DNA of 48,659 nucleotides from positions 5,706,295 through 5,754,953 of the forward strand of contig NC_068985.1 of NCBI RefSeq assembly GCF_001194135.2. Direction: 5' to 3'. The DNA is from Octopus bimaculoides. Taxonomy: Eukaryota. The first letter of the stretch is position 1, and each line of letters starts with the position of its first letter. Positions 1 to 11,255 of the stretch are shown here, piece by piece. A program made the position numbers and the translations under genes. The notes below the pieces were generated by a model. The model was given only the letters and a program-made list of their open reading frames with translations, searched no databases and had not been told where the DNA came from.

Positions 1-45
1 GCGCTCGGTAGTGAAGTGAAAGCACGTTATAAAAATAAAACTAAA
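1..45 (+). mobile_element. 3' UTR end of an R4/Dong-like non-LTR element (same subfamily as 23762-23932), followed by (AAT)n to ~112
   Basis: gcgctcggtagtgaagtgaaagcacgttataaaaataaaact aligns with gcgttcaatagtgcagggaaagcacaagatgaaaataaaacg at ~23888-23930, which lies downstream of an RLE C-terminal relic. Both end in (AAT)n. Confidence 0.6.
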
Positions 46-104
<59 letters not shown>

Positions 105-114
105 TAATAATAGT

Positions 115-641
115 AAATGCCCTGATGCAATATTAGACACTGTCTCTCATGGCTTCTGACCTGAACTGATTGCAAGTGTTATCCTGAACATGTTTTGTCT
201 TAGTGTTTTGTCTCAATACCGCAGATCTGTTTGACCTTAACCAGTTGAGAATGTCCTTTAGTGACTGACAATATGTGCATCTCTGATACCGAGCAGGAGT
301 AGGGGTGGGGAGTATCATAATCATGTGTTGAGTGGAGTTCTTTGCGGTTTGAATAATTCCGCCTTGGAAAAATGGGTTTTTGTTACATGATCCTTAAACA
401 ACCCTTTTTCAGGGACCTTTTGATTAGGATGACCTACCCGACCTGAAGAAAATTCTAACTAGGCCCCACCTGCAAGGTCCTGCTCAGTTCATCTTGATAC
501 GAGATCACCACGTCGCGTACATATGGTTGTGATGCATGTGCCTGGTGTACCCTAATCAGACGGGTGGTCATGCTGGGCATATTGGGCTTCGGGTATTTGT
601 ACCCCAGTGTCACTTTGATGGCATCCGCTGCTCTCTTACTC
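115..641. repeat. Unclassified ~500-bp interspersed repeat ('element B'), copy 1, flanked by AAT repeats
   Basis: Colinear with 3219-3717 from aaatgccctgatgca to gtcactttgatggcat..ctgctctct. AAT-type repeats on both sides. Confidence 0.85.
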
Positions 642-979
642 AATGATAATAACGTTCTTTTGTTTAGCATGGGGACGTCTGATATATATATANNNNNNNN
701 NNTATATATATATATATTATGTAGCAAGCGATCGATATTAAGAAGAAAGTGGGCTACACGCAGCACGACATATATAAACAAGTGAATAGATATAGTCACA
801 AATAAGTACTGCTGCTGCTTCTGCTACTACTACTATTACTAGTTAGTAGTAGCATTAGTATTAATATATAGTAGCTACTAAGAGAAAGAGAGAAAGAGAG
901 AAGGAAAGAGAGAGAGAAGTAGCAGGAAACAGCTGGTAATCATTTTGAGCTGATGACACTGCTAGAGCACCGTCAAATG

Positions 980-1092
980 GAGTGGAGTGTCTGGCTGAAG
1001 GACGACACGCTGCGTCCGAGACGAGGGACTAAACTCTCGACCTTATGGTTATGGATCCAAAGCAATAACCAACAGGCCACGCGCCTTCACAT
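980..1092 (-). mobile_element. SINE family S4 head fragment (tRNA-like)
   Basis: Reverse complement starts gtgaaggcgcgtggcctgttggtt..., matching the heads at 24453, 34246 and 47779. Confidence 0.6.
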
Positions 1093-1161
1093 ATTTACTA
1101 TTCCTACACCACGACGACCACGACGCCGCCGCCACCGAATCCAACCATCACCCCCTTACTC

Positions 1162-1195
<34 letters not shown>

Positions 1196-1244
1196 AAGAT
1201 TTGCCGTATGTGCATCTTTCATAGTTATTGTTTAATATTTCGCT

Positions 1245-1447
1245 TGTTTTAGTCACTAGCCTGAGGCCATACTGGGGCAACGCCTTGAAAAGTTTTTAGT
1301 TAAATGAATCGGTGTTAGCAACAGCGTCTTTATAGCCTGGTACTTATTCCACCGGTGTCGTTTTCCCGAACTGCTGAACTACGGGAGACGTAAACACACC
1401 AACACCGGTTGCCAAGCGGTAGAGGGGTACAAACACCCCTTCCCAGC
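1245..1447 (-). mobile_element. SINE family S1, 3' half (diverged), truncated by assembly gap
   Basis: ggccatactggggcaacgcc...ggtacttattc...gacgtaaacacaccaacaccggttgccaagcgg matches the S1 3' half at 44731-44920. Confidence 0.7.
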
Positions 1448-1952
1448 CNNNNNNNNNNNNNNNNNNNNNNNNNNNNNNNNNNNNNNNNNNNNNNNNNNNN
1501 NNNNNNNNNNNNNNNNNNNNNNNNNNNNNNNNNNNNNNNNNNNNNNNNNNNNNNNNNNNNNNNNNNNNNNNNNNNNNNNNNNNNNNNNNNNNNNNNNNNN
1601 NNNNNNNNNNNNNNNNNNNNNNNNNNNNNNNNNNNNNNNNNNNNNNNNNNNNNNNNNNNNNNNNNNNNNNNNNNNNNNNNNNNNNNNNNNNNNNNNNNNN
1701 NNNNNNNNNNNNNNNNNNNNNNNNNNNNNNNNNNNNNNNNNNNNNNNNNNNNNNNNNNNNNNNNNNNNNNNNNNNNNNNNNNNNNNNNNNNNNNNNNNNN
1801 NNNNNNNNNNNNNNNNNNNNNNNNNNNNNNNNNNNNNNNNNNNNNNNNNNNNNNNNNNNNNNNNNNNNNNNNNNNNNNNNNNNNNNNNNNNNNNNNNNNN
1901 NNNNNNNNNNNNNNNNNNNNNNNNNNNNNNNNNNNNNNNNNNNNNNNNNNNN

Positions 1953-2022
<70 letters not shown>

Positions 2023-2040
2023 AAACTCTTTCCGTTAATT

Positions 2041-2189
2041 TTTATTTTATCTCATTTGATTCTGTGTAAACACCCACACTTTCTGCAGTGTGTCTTTCAA
2101 ATGACCCCTTCAACAGCTGCCCCACACGCAGAGAACACAAATCATCATCGTCACCACCATCATCATCGTCATCATCATCATCAACGTCG

Positions 2190-2227
<38 letters not shown>

Positions 2228-2276
2228 GTTGTCACCATCATCACCACCTCATTCACCATTATTGTCTTCATCATCA
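2041..2276 (+). repeat. Left arm of a ~250-bp inverted duplication (partner 5055-5250)
   Basis: Unique core ttatctcatttgattctgtgtaaacacccacactttctgcagtgtgtctttcaaatgaccccttcaacagctgc..gcagagaacacaaatcatc is ~90% identical by eye to the reverse complement of 5150-5250. Confidence 0.9.
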
Positions 2277-2309
2277 ACGTCATCACCACCACCACCACCA
2301 CCACCAATT

Positions 2310-2492
2310 TTAGGGGAGGGAACTATTTGATTACATCGGCAGCAGTACTTGATTGGTACTTAATTTATCGATCCCGCTAGGATGAAAAGCAAAGTCGACA
2401 TCAGCGGAATTTGAACTCAGAACGTAAAGATGGACGAAATGCCGTAAGCTATTTTCCCGGCGTGCTAACGATTCTACCAGCTCGTCTGTTTA
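2310..2492 (-). mobile_element. SINE family S2 (tRNA-like head)
   Basis: ggtacttaatttatcga..ggatgaaaagcaaagtcgac..gcggaatttgaactcagaacgtaaaga..gacgaaatgcc..gtgctaacgattctaccagctcg; gttctgagttcaaattcc box-B-like region on the minus strand. Confidence 0.85.
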
Positions 2493-2505
2493 ATAATAAT
2501 AATAA

Positions 2506-2652
2506 TCCTTTCTACTACAGGCACTCGGCCTGAAATTTTGCGGGGTGGGGAAAGTCGATTACGTTGACCTCAGTGCGCAACTAGTACTTATTTCAGAGAC
2601 CACGAAAGGATGAAAGGCAGAATTTGAACTCAGAACGTGTGGACGAACGGAA
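2506..2652 (-). mobile_element. SINE family S2, lacking its 5' head, abutting an R4-like fragment
   Basis: cctttctactacaggcac..gcctgaaatttt..gtcgattacgttgacctcagtgcgcaactagtactta..aatttgaactcagaacgt; (AAT)n tail on its left. Confidence 0.8.
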
Positions 2653-2856
2653 GACAAATGGCTGAAGAATATTGAAATAGAATGCCCGGCAGAGCTCCTA
2701 CAGAAAGTTTGTCTCTTAGGGACAGCATGGATTATCAGGAGGGTTCTAAGAACTTGGAAGACTGCTGAAAACCTGTGGATACCTAAGGTTACAGGTAATA
2801 ACCTTCTACCCACATAATTCCTACCAGGAATAAGACCGAACCTGAGCCAAACCAAC

Positions 2857-2857
<1 letters not shown>
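2653..2857 (+). mobile_element. R4/Dong-like RLE non-LTR retrotransposon 3' end (subfamily a): ORF C-terminus plus 3' UTR, followed by (TAA)n to 2916
   Basis: 2656-2742 translates KWLKNIEIECPAELLQKVCLLGTAWIIRR, then a +1 frameshift gives VL. This matches the QKxxLLGTAxIxRxxL terminal motif of R4-type elements. Confidence 0.8.
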
Positions 2858-2916
<59 letters not shown>

Positions 2917-3190
2917 GGAAACCCCAAAATGGCTGAAGTTCAAAAAATAGTGCTCATGGGAACTGCCCATATCCTACGTAAAATACTGTCTATGTAATCT
3001 CAAATTTTAAAACAAACACATAATTTTCTTATGGTTTCTTAAACATTCTCTTGAACAACACTATGTACAAATCGAAATATATGGTACCCTAGCATAACAC
3101 CTACATGAACTTCTAACTTGTTGTCTCTTGAGGTCTCTGGGTGAGACTTGAATCCAACTTGTACAAATGCAAAGCAATAGTCAAACATAA
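2917..3190 (+). mobile_element. R4/Dong-like RLE non-LTR retrotransposon 3' end (subfamily b), 5'-truncated, between (TAA)n arrays
   Basis: 2917-2997 translates GNPKMAEVQKIVLMGTAHILRKILSM*. A ~190-bp 3' UTR follows, then (AAT)n. Confidence 0.85.
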
Positions 3191-3218
3191 AATAATAATA
3201 ATAATAATAGTAATAATA

Positions 3219-3717
3219 AAATGCCCTGATGCAGTACCAGGAAGTGGCTCTCATGGCTTCTGATCTTAACTGATTGGAAGTGTTATCACGTACATTGTTT
3301 TGCCTTGATATAAAAGATGGGCCTCAGCAAATATTCTGCTCAATACCACAGATCTGCTTGTCAGTTGTTTGACCTTAACCAGTTGAGCATGTCTCATGGT
3401 GGCTGACGATCACGAGCAGAAGTAGTGGGGGAGTATCATAGCCTTGTGTTGAGAGGAAACATCGGAGTTTTGTTCAACATCCTTAAACAAAGTTTATTCA
3501 GGGACCTTTTGAGTGAGATGGGCTACTCGACCTGAAGAAAATTCTCATTGGGGCCCCACCTGCAAGGTCATGCGCTGTTTATCTTGATTTCGCGCACATA
3601 TGGTTGTGATGCATGTGCCTGGTGTACCCTTATCAGATGGGTAGTCATGATGGGTATAATGGGCTTCGTATATTTTACCCCAGTGTCACTTTGATGGCAT
3701 GCACTGCTCTCTCGCTC
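3219..3717. repeat. Element B, copy 2, between (AAT)n arrays (3191-3218 and 3718-3785)
   Basis: Colinear with 115-641. Confidence 0.85.
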
Positions 3718-3786
<69 letters not shown>

Positions 3787-4000
3787 CTTTTCTTCTATAG
3801 GCACAAGGCATGAAATCCTTTTAGCGAGTGTGTTAGTCGATAATACTGACTCCCGGTACGATTGATCCACTGGTACTCGATCCACTGACTTCAAACATGA
3901 AAGGAAAATTCAACCCTGGCGTTATTTGAAGTCAAAGCCTAAAATTGGAAAAACACTTCTTGTCCCCGACGCAGTAACGATTCTGGCTGTATGTTTCATC
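3787..4000 (-). mobile_element. SINE family S2, diverged
   Basis: cttttcttctataggcacaaggcatgaaat..agtcgata..actggtact..atgaaaggaaaattcaaccctggcgttatttgaagtca..aacgattctg; AAT arrays on both sides. Confidence 0.65.
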
Positions 4001-4071
<71 letters not shown>

Positions 4072-4072
<1 letters not shown>

Positions 4073-4238
4073 CTTTTCTATTATAGGCACAAGTTCTGAA
4101 GTTCGAGAAAAGGGGATGAGTCGACCCCAGTGGTGATTACATCGACCCCAGTGCGTAAGTGGTACTTAATTTATCGACCCCGAAAGAATGAAAGGCAAAG
4201 TCGATCCTGGCGGCATTTGAAATCAGAACGTGAAGACA
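4072..4238 (-). mobile_element. SINE family S2, head-truncated
   Basis: gattacatcgaccccagtgcgtaagtggtacttaatttatcgaccccgaaagaatgaaaggcaaagtcgatcctggcggcatttgaaatcagaacgt. Confidence 0.85.
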
Positions 4239-4311
4239 GATAACAACAACAACAATAATAATAATAGTAATAATAACAATGATAATGTTAGTAATAATAC
4301 TAATGATAATG

Positions 4312-4383
<72 letters not shown>

Positions 4384-4421
4384 TAGTAGCAGCAGCTGCA
4401 ATACTAGTAGTAATAGTAGCT

Positions 4422-4469
<48 letters not shown>

Positions 4470-4737
4470 GTAGTAGTAGTAGTAGCCAAGAGAGGCAAGC
4501 GAGTGGTGCAAGAGTGTCTGTTGACACCACTTCATCTCCTTAGAAAGGTGCTTCTTATCAAATGCCTTCTCTGAAGGGCGTGACACCTTAATACACACAC
4601 ACACACACACACACACACAAGGCAAGTACAAAAGCCAGAACTGGAGATGCAAAAGTATCATCATCATCATCATCATCATCATCATCGTCGTCGTCGTCAT
4701 TATCAACAATAACAGCGAAACAACAATAACGGTTTAA

Positions 4738-4935
4738 AATTTTGGTACAAAGACAACAATGTCGGTGGAGAGGGGGAGGATTGTGTCGATTAGATCGACC
4801 CCAGTGTGTAACTGGTACTTTTTGTTTTTTTATCGAATCTGAAAAGAGGAAAGAATTTGAACTCTGAACGTAAAGACGGACGAAATGCCGATAAGGACTT
4901 CGTCCGGCGTGCTAACATTTCTGCCAGCTCGCTGT
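4738..4935 (-). mobile_element. SINE family S2
   Basis: gtcgattagatcgaccccagtgtgtaactggtact..gaatttgaactctgaacgtaaagacggacgaaatgcc..cggcgtgctaacatttctgccagctcgc. Confidence 0.85.
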
Positions 4936-5030
4936 CAGAACGACAACAAGAACAACAACAACGACGACGACGACGACGACGACGATGATGACGATGATAG
5001 TGATGATGATGATGATGGTGATGATGATGG

Positions 5031-5054
<24 letters not shown>

Positions 5055-5064
<10 letters not shown>

Positions 5065-5250
5065 GAAGACAATAATGGTGAATGAGGTGATGAAGATGAT
5101 GATGATGATAATGATGATGATGACGATGATGATGGTAGTGATGATGATGATTTGTGTTCTCTGCCCCTGGAGCAGCTGTTGAAGGGTTCGTTTGAAAGAC
5201 ACACTACAGAAAGTGAGGGTGTTTACCCAGAATCAAATGAGATAAGAAAA
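5055..5250 (-). repeat. Right arm of the inverted duplication (partner 2041-2276)
   Basis: As above. The ORF track shows MCLSNDPFNSCPTRREHKSSS (+) versus MCLSNEPFNSCSRGREHKSSS (-). Confidence 0.9.
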
Positions 5251-5748
5251 TGACACACACACACACACACACACTCACACACATATACAGTATAAACCTA
5301 ACACATGAGAGCGTCTCCTGACAGAAGAGGGCATCTTAGGTAGGAGGCCAACCATGCAAACCCCACCGGCCTTTGATTTCTTTATTTCTTACTTAGACGA
5401 AAATACAGAAAGGCTTTTAAAAAGAGGAAAGAAAAATGAAGGATGTGTGTCTGACGCAGGCGACAATGATAATACTTGATGACGGCGCTAATGAGTTTGA
5501 GAGCAATTAATATATGACGCACAGTGGTAAGGAATTGTGGTCTTTCTCCTTGGTTGTCTGCACATTGTTTATTCCTTTGCATGTATGTATGTATGTATGT
5601 ATGTATGTATGTATGTATGTATGTATGTATACAATATCACACTTGAGGATGCTTATACCTTGCATGAGAAATCCAAAGATCTTGGGTTCTCGCCTCTGCT
5701 TGTACCTGTCTTCCTCGCATTTAAAACGTGACTACCTTATTGAAATAC

Positions 5749-5810
<62 letters not shown>

Positions 5811-5925
5811 NNNNNNNNNNTTTAGGCTCACGTCGATTCCTCCGTGGTGTTGTTTTGCACTTATAACAAAATAAATATATACAAATGATAAAAAAAAAAA
5901 TATATATATATATATATACACAATA

Positions 5926-6007
5926 CAGTACTGTTTCTACTTCGCGGATTTCTACTTATCGCGGGGTGTTATGGAATGTAACACCCGCGATGGTAGAAAG
6001 ATTGCTG
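5926..6007. mobile_element. 82-bp MITE-like hairpin element (Tigger/pogo-like ends)
   Basis: TA|cagtactgtttctac ... gtagaaagattgctg|ga (11/15 inverted match). Internal stem tcgcggggtgtta / taacacccgcga. Confidence 0.55.
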
Positions 6008-6185
6008 GATTACTGCATACACGTTTATGTATATGTGTAGGTATGAATTTGAACTGTCAGTTTAACGCACTCTCATACACGGATATGTATATATAGAGCG
6101 AGTCTACTTTCGCTATCAAGTGCACAGTTCGTTCTGTTTCTCTTCCACACCGAAGTTTCACTACACAGAAAGAAGAGAGAAAATC

Positions 6186-6241
<56 letters not shown>

Positions 6242-6362
6242 CAGAAGTAACCACATTTACACACTGAGTTGGAAATATGAAACCAATGTAGGATGAGCGA
6301 TTAAACACATACATATACATAGAAATATACACATCTGCGTATATACACACTCACACATACTG

Positions 6363-6406
<44 letters not shown>

Positions 6407-6492
6407 TCACACATATATATATGTTGTCACACATGTACAAATATATATTCATTCACGTGCATACTTAAAAAAAAGGAAATAAAAAATAAAAT

Positions 6493-6577
<85 letters not shown>

Positions 6578-7076
6578 TGTTTGTTTAAAGATATTTATGT
6601 ACATTCACATATCGTTTTGTTATCGCTAGAACGGTGTTTATCCCTGATATATCCTCTTATCCGGCCACACCAGTTGCTGCTGTATATCAGCCATTTCATT
6701 CTCTGCTGTATGAACCGGTGTATTTTCTGCGGTATAAATTCGTTAATAGTCACTTTAGTGACATTCGTCCCCACCGCACCCGTTCGATCTATCCAAATTT
6801 ACAGACAAATTATATCTATATATTTATCTAAATATCATTATTTCTCAGTCGATTTTTAGATATTCTGTCCTTTCTTATTGGTGTGTATACGCTTACAAAC
6901 ACGTACAACTATATTGGCACCGATATATACAAAAATATGCTTATACATGTTCATATAGGCAAATTCTTATCTGAGCCATAACAGCGGGATAAACAAATAA
7001 AGGGCAGTTCCGTTATAACAGACTCAAAACAATACAGAATTGAAAGCCAATCGCACCGAAAGACTATAAAAAAAAC

Positions 7077-7150
7077 AGGTCGATTTGTTCGACTAAAGGC
7101 GGTGCTCCAGCATGGCCGCAGTCAATTGACAAAAAGAAGCAAAACTATAA
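7077..7150 (+). mobile_element. SINE S1 3' tail fragment
   Basis: ggtcgatttgttcgactaaaggcggtgctccagcatggccgcagtcaattgac. Confidence 0.8.
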
Positions 7151-7413
7151 AGGAGTATATATAAATATATATGTCAATACACATTCATATACATATAGAA
7201 TATATGTATACATATAGGTTTATATACATATATAGGTACATATAAATATTTACATACACACGCGCGCACACACACACGCACGCACACGCACACATATATA
7301 TACACAGGTATATATGTATATATATTCACTTAAATACGTTTTTATACATTTATTTATAAATAAATATAGATATATTCCGGTATCTATGCATCTATACATC
7401 GGTGCACGTGTTT

Positions 7414-7444
<31 letters not shown>

Positions 7445-7507
7445 CATACATATAGGTATACATACCTACATGTAGGCATACATATATATGTATACATACA
7501 CACACAC

Positions 7508-7547
<40 letters not shown>

Positions 7548-7550
7548 CTG

Positions 7551-7600
<50 letters not shown>

Positions 7601-8157
7601 ACCATAGGATAGGCATATAAAATTACAAGCGAACATAGTAACACAGACAGGGTCAGTCACAAATATACACAAACTCATACAAAAACGAATTGATAGGCAG
7701 GTGTATATAGAGAGACTTAATCATCCATAATCTGCCCTTCCCAATGTATTGTACATGAAATATATATAAAGTATAAATGTATGTATATATAAATGTGCGT
7801 ATGTGTGTGCGTGTATGTCATTGTTTGTCTGAATATATATACATTTATGTGTATATGTAAGTGTGTGTGTTTGCGTGTATGTGCGCATGCAGATATGTCC
7901 ACAGGTGTATGTGTAATTATAAGCGCTTACATACATTCATTTGCAATTAAACTTATTCATACATTTTCAGATAGCATCGGTATGTACACACCTTTTATAT
8001 ATATATGTGTGTGTGTGTGTGAGTGTGTGTGTAGAGTATGTATTAAAATAGTACATATATTATGTAATACATATATACATGTATATGCAAACACATATAT
8101 GTGCATACATATATATATACATAGATACATACACACACACACACACATACACACACA

Positions 8158-8224
<67 letters not shown>

Positions 8225-8306
8225 GCATATATATATATACATGCATATTAAGTTAGACATGGTATGGATCTGTACTGGCCGAAACCTTTCAAAGTTATCA
8301 AAGTTA

Positions 8307-8365
<59 letters not shown>

Positions 8366-8672
8366 CAATATGTATACACACACACACATAGACTTATATT
8401 TAAATTTATATTTGCTTGGAATATGCCCGCTATGGATCCGGGACACCATGGTTCAACACGTGTAATAAGGCCCCATCTTATACACACACAGACACACCGA
8501 CATGCACACAGACATACACACACACACAAACACACACACCCTCACATATGTGTACATGGATATGTATGTATACATCTGTATGATATATATGTATATTATA
8601 TATATATATATATAAAGTAATACACACACATCATACAAAAAGACATATTTTGTTCAATGTGAAAATGAAAGT

Positions 8673-8727
<55 letters not shown>

Positions 8728-9173
8728 TTATAGCGAAACCACTTTCTAAGACAAACTATTACGTATGTATAGTGAAAAACGAAATCATTTGCATATGATC
8801 ACTTGTTACATTTCTTTATCAGTATCAATACAAACTTGTATATATTCGTTCCTGTACAGTTTCACAGACGAAAATATAACTTGCATACTGTCATTCGTCC
8901 TTCCCTGCCAGTATTCACGTCAATAATATATGCGTACCTGTGTTTTTGTGTACGTACGTAGATGTGTAATTGAGGTTAATTTTTTTAAAGCAATTTTAAG
9001 CAAAATAACAGAATATCTAGATTTTGGAGGAGTGAATGTCGAGAATGAATTTGTAGGGAAAAATTTAAATTGACTGGTGCTTTACGTTTCGTTTGACGGC
9101 TCATTCAGCCAACATAATAGAAAGAACCACTAGGAGACCGATAGAAGTCTCAGTAATAATACGAATTCGACTG

Positions 9174-9210
<37 letters not shown>

Positions 9211-9522
9211 ATGTGTATATGTGTATAGACAAACATACATACATACCCACAGAGATAAACACACATATATATTTCTATATATCTATGCATATATATATAA
9301 TGTTAATGTTTTGTGTTTATGCTCAGTTACGAGTTTACATCACCAATCAGATGAGTTACGCTATATGTTATTAGCGTGCAAAGCTATTATTCCTAAGCAA
9401 TTATATTGTTGATAGTGACTTCGAAGTTTTGACTATTTACGACATCATCGGATATATAGATAGGTTCATAGATTGAGAGATACATAGACAGATAGACAGG
9501 TAGATAGATAGATACGTAGATG

Positions 9523-9582
<60 letters not shown>

Positions 9583-9777
9583 TGTATGTATGCAGGTAGA
9601 TAGATAGAAAGAAAAACGATAGATAAATAGAAAAATGAATTGATCGATAAACAGATAGACATACATGAAGATATGTAACATGCTGTTGTCATTTTAATTT
9701 GAAGACAGGGTCTTAGACCAAATCTCCTCCCTGGTAATTATACCTCCGAAATGTATACACATATACATACATAAAAG

Positions 9778-9836
<59 letters not shown>

Positions 9837-10491
9837 GTATGTATGTATGTACGTATGTACGTATGTATGTACGTACTGGCATCTGAAGAGTCTTCAGAAG
9901 AGAAATATCTTAAATGAAGGAGCGAATTACTATGAAATTTCAAGGAGAAATCGGAATATTACGAAATCGACAAATAAATAAATGAGTGCATAACGGAAAG
10001 TACGGTAACAACGGGAGATAAGTCACTACGCTATGAGTGTGTGTACATAGGAAGGAAGCTCTCGAGGTAGATATGTACACACACACACATATNNNNNNNN
10101 NNNNNNNNNNNNNNNNNNNNNNNNNNNNNNNNNNNNNNNNNNNNNNNNNNNNNNNNNNNNNNNNNNNNNNNNNNNNNNNNNNNNNNNNNNNNGGTGGTGG
10201 TCTGTAATGCTATGTGGAGGGATATCCTGACACTACAGTACCTGTCTGTCGGGGCGTCTGTCCGATGTCTGTTTCCCTACTGTGTGTCTCTCTTTCTGAC
10301 AGAAGACAAACATTCCATCACTTTTGTGGTAAAGGTGTTTCTGTCGATGTGCTGGGATATGACTACAAGTTCGTCTGCATTTCATGTCTCACTCTCTCTC
10401 TCTCTCTCTCTCTCTCTAAACACACACACACTGACACACACTGATACACACACACATACACACACTGATACACACACTGGTACACACACAT

Positions 10492-10673
10492 TCTTTTATT
10501 CTTTTATTTGTTTCAGTCATTTGACTGCGGCCATGTTGGAGCACCACCTTTAGTCGAAGAAATCGACCCCAGGACTTATTCTTTGTAAGCCTAGTTACTT
10601 ATTCTATCGGTCTCTTTTACTGAACCATTAAGTTTCGGGGATGTAAACACACCACCATCAGTTGTCAAGAGAT
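10492..10673 (-). mobile_element. SINE S1 3' half, truncated by gap
   Basis: tttcagtcatttgactgcggccatgttggagcaccacctttagtcgaagaaatcgaccccaggacttattctttgtaagcctagttacttattctatcggtctc. Confidence 0.9.
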
Positions 10674-11196
10674 NNNNNNNNNNNNNNNNNNNNNNNNNNN
10701 NNNNNNNNNNNNNNNNNNNNNNNNNNNNNNNNNNNNNNNNNNNNNNNNNNNNNNNNNNNNNNNNNNNNNNNNNNNNNNNNNNNNNNNNNNNNNNNNNNNN
10801 NNNNNNNNNNNNNNNNNNNNNNNNNNNNNNNNNNNNNNNNNNNNNNNNNNNNNNNNNNNNNNNNNNNNNNNNNNNNNNNNNNNNNNNNNNNNNNNNNNNN
10901 NNNNNNNNNNNNNNNNNNNNNNNNNNNNNNNNNNNNNNNNNNNNNNNNNNNNNNNNNNNNNNNNNNNNNNNNNNNNNNNNNNNNNNNNNNNNNNNNNNNN
11001 NNNNNNNNNNNNNNNNNNNNNNNNNNNNNNNNNNNNNNNNNNNNNNNNNNNNNNNNNNNNNNNNNNNNNNNNNNNNNNNNNNNNNNNNNNNNNNNNNNNN
11101 NNNNNNNNNNNNNNNNNNNNNNNNNNNNNNNNNNNNNNNNNNNNNNNNNNNNNNNNNNNNTATATATATATACATATATATGTGTGTGTGTATTTG

Positions 11197-11255
<59 letters not shown>

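Noticed and set aside
455-3894. Shared peptide MTTxLIRVHQAHASQPYVR in two minus-strand ORFs (455-799, 3568-3894)
   Set aside because: Explained by the two copies of element B. The flanking frames are not conserved and start inside microsatellites or gaps.
46-4400. Regularly alternating arrays and ~200-bp units as a possible CRISPR-like array
   Set aside because: The repeats are simple (AAT)n tracts of variable length and the spacers are SINE/LINE fragments, in eukaryotic DNA with no cas genes.
5398-5445. RKYRKAFKKRKEK* resembling GPCR helix 8
   Set aside because: Low-complexity A-rich match, and it lies upstream of the TM3-like motif at 6611 on the same strand, which is the wrong order for one receptor.
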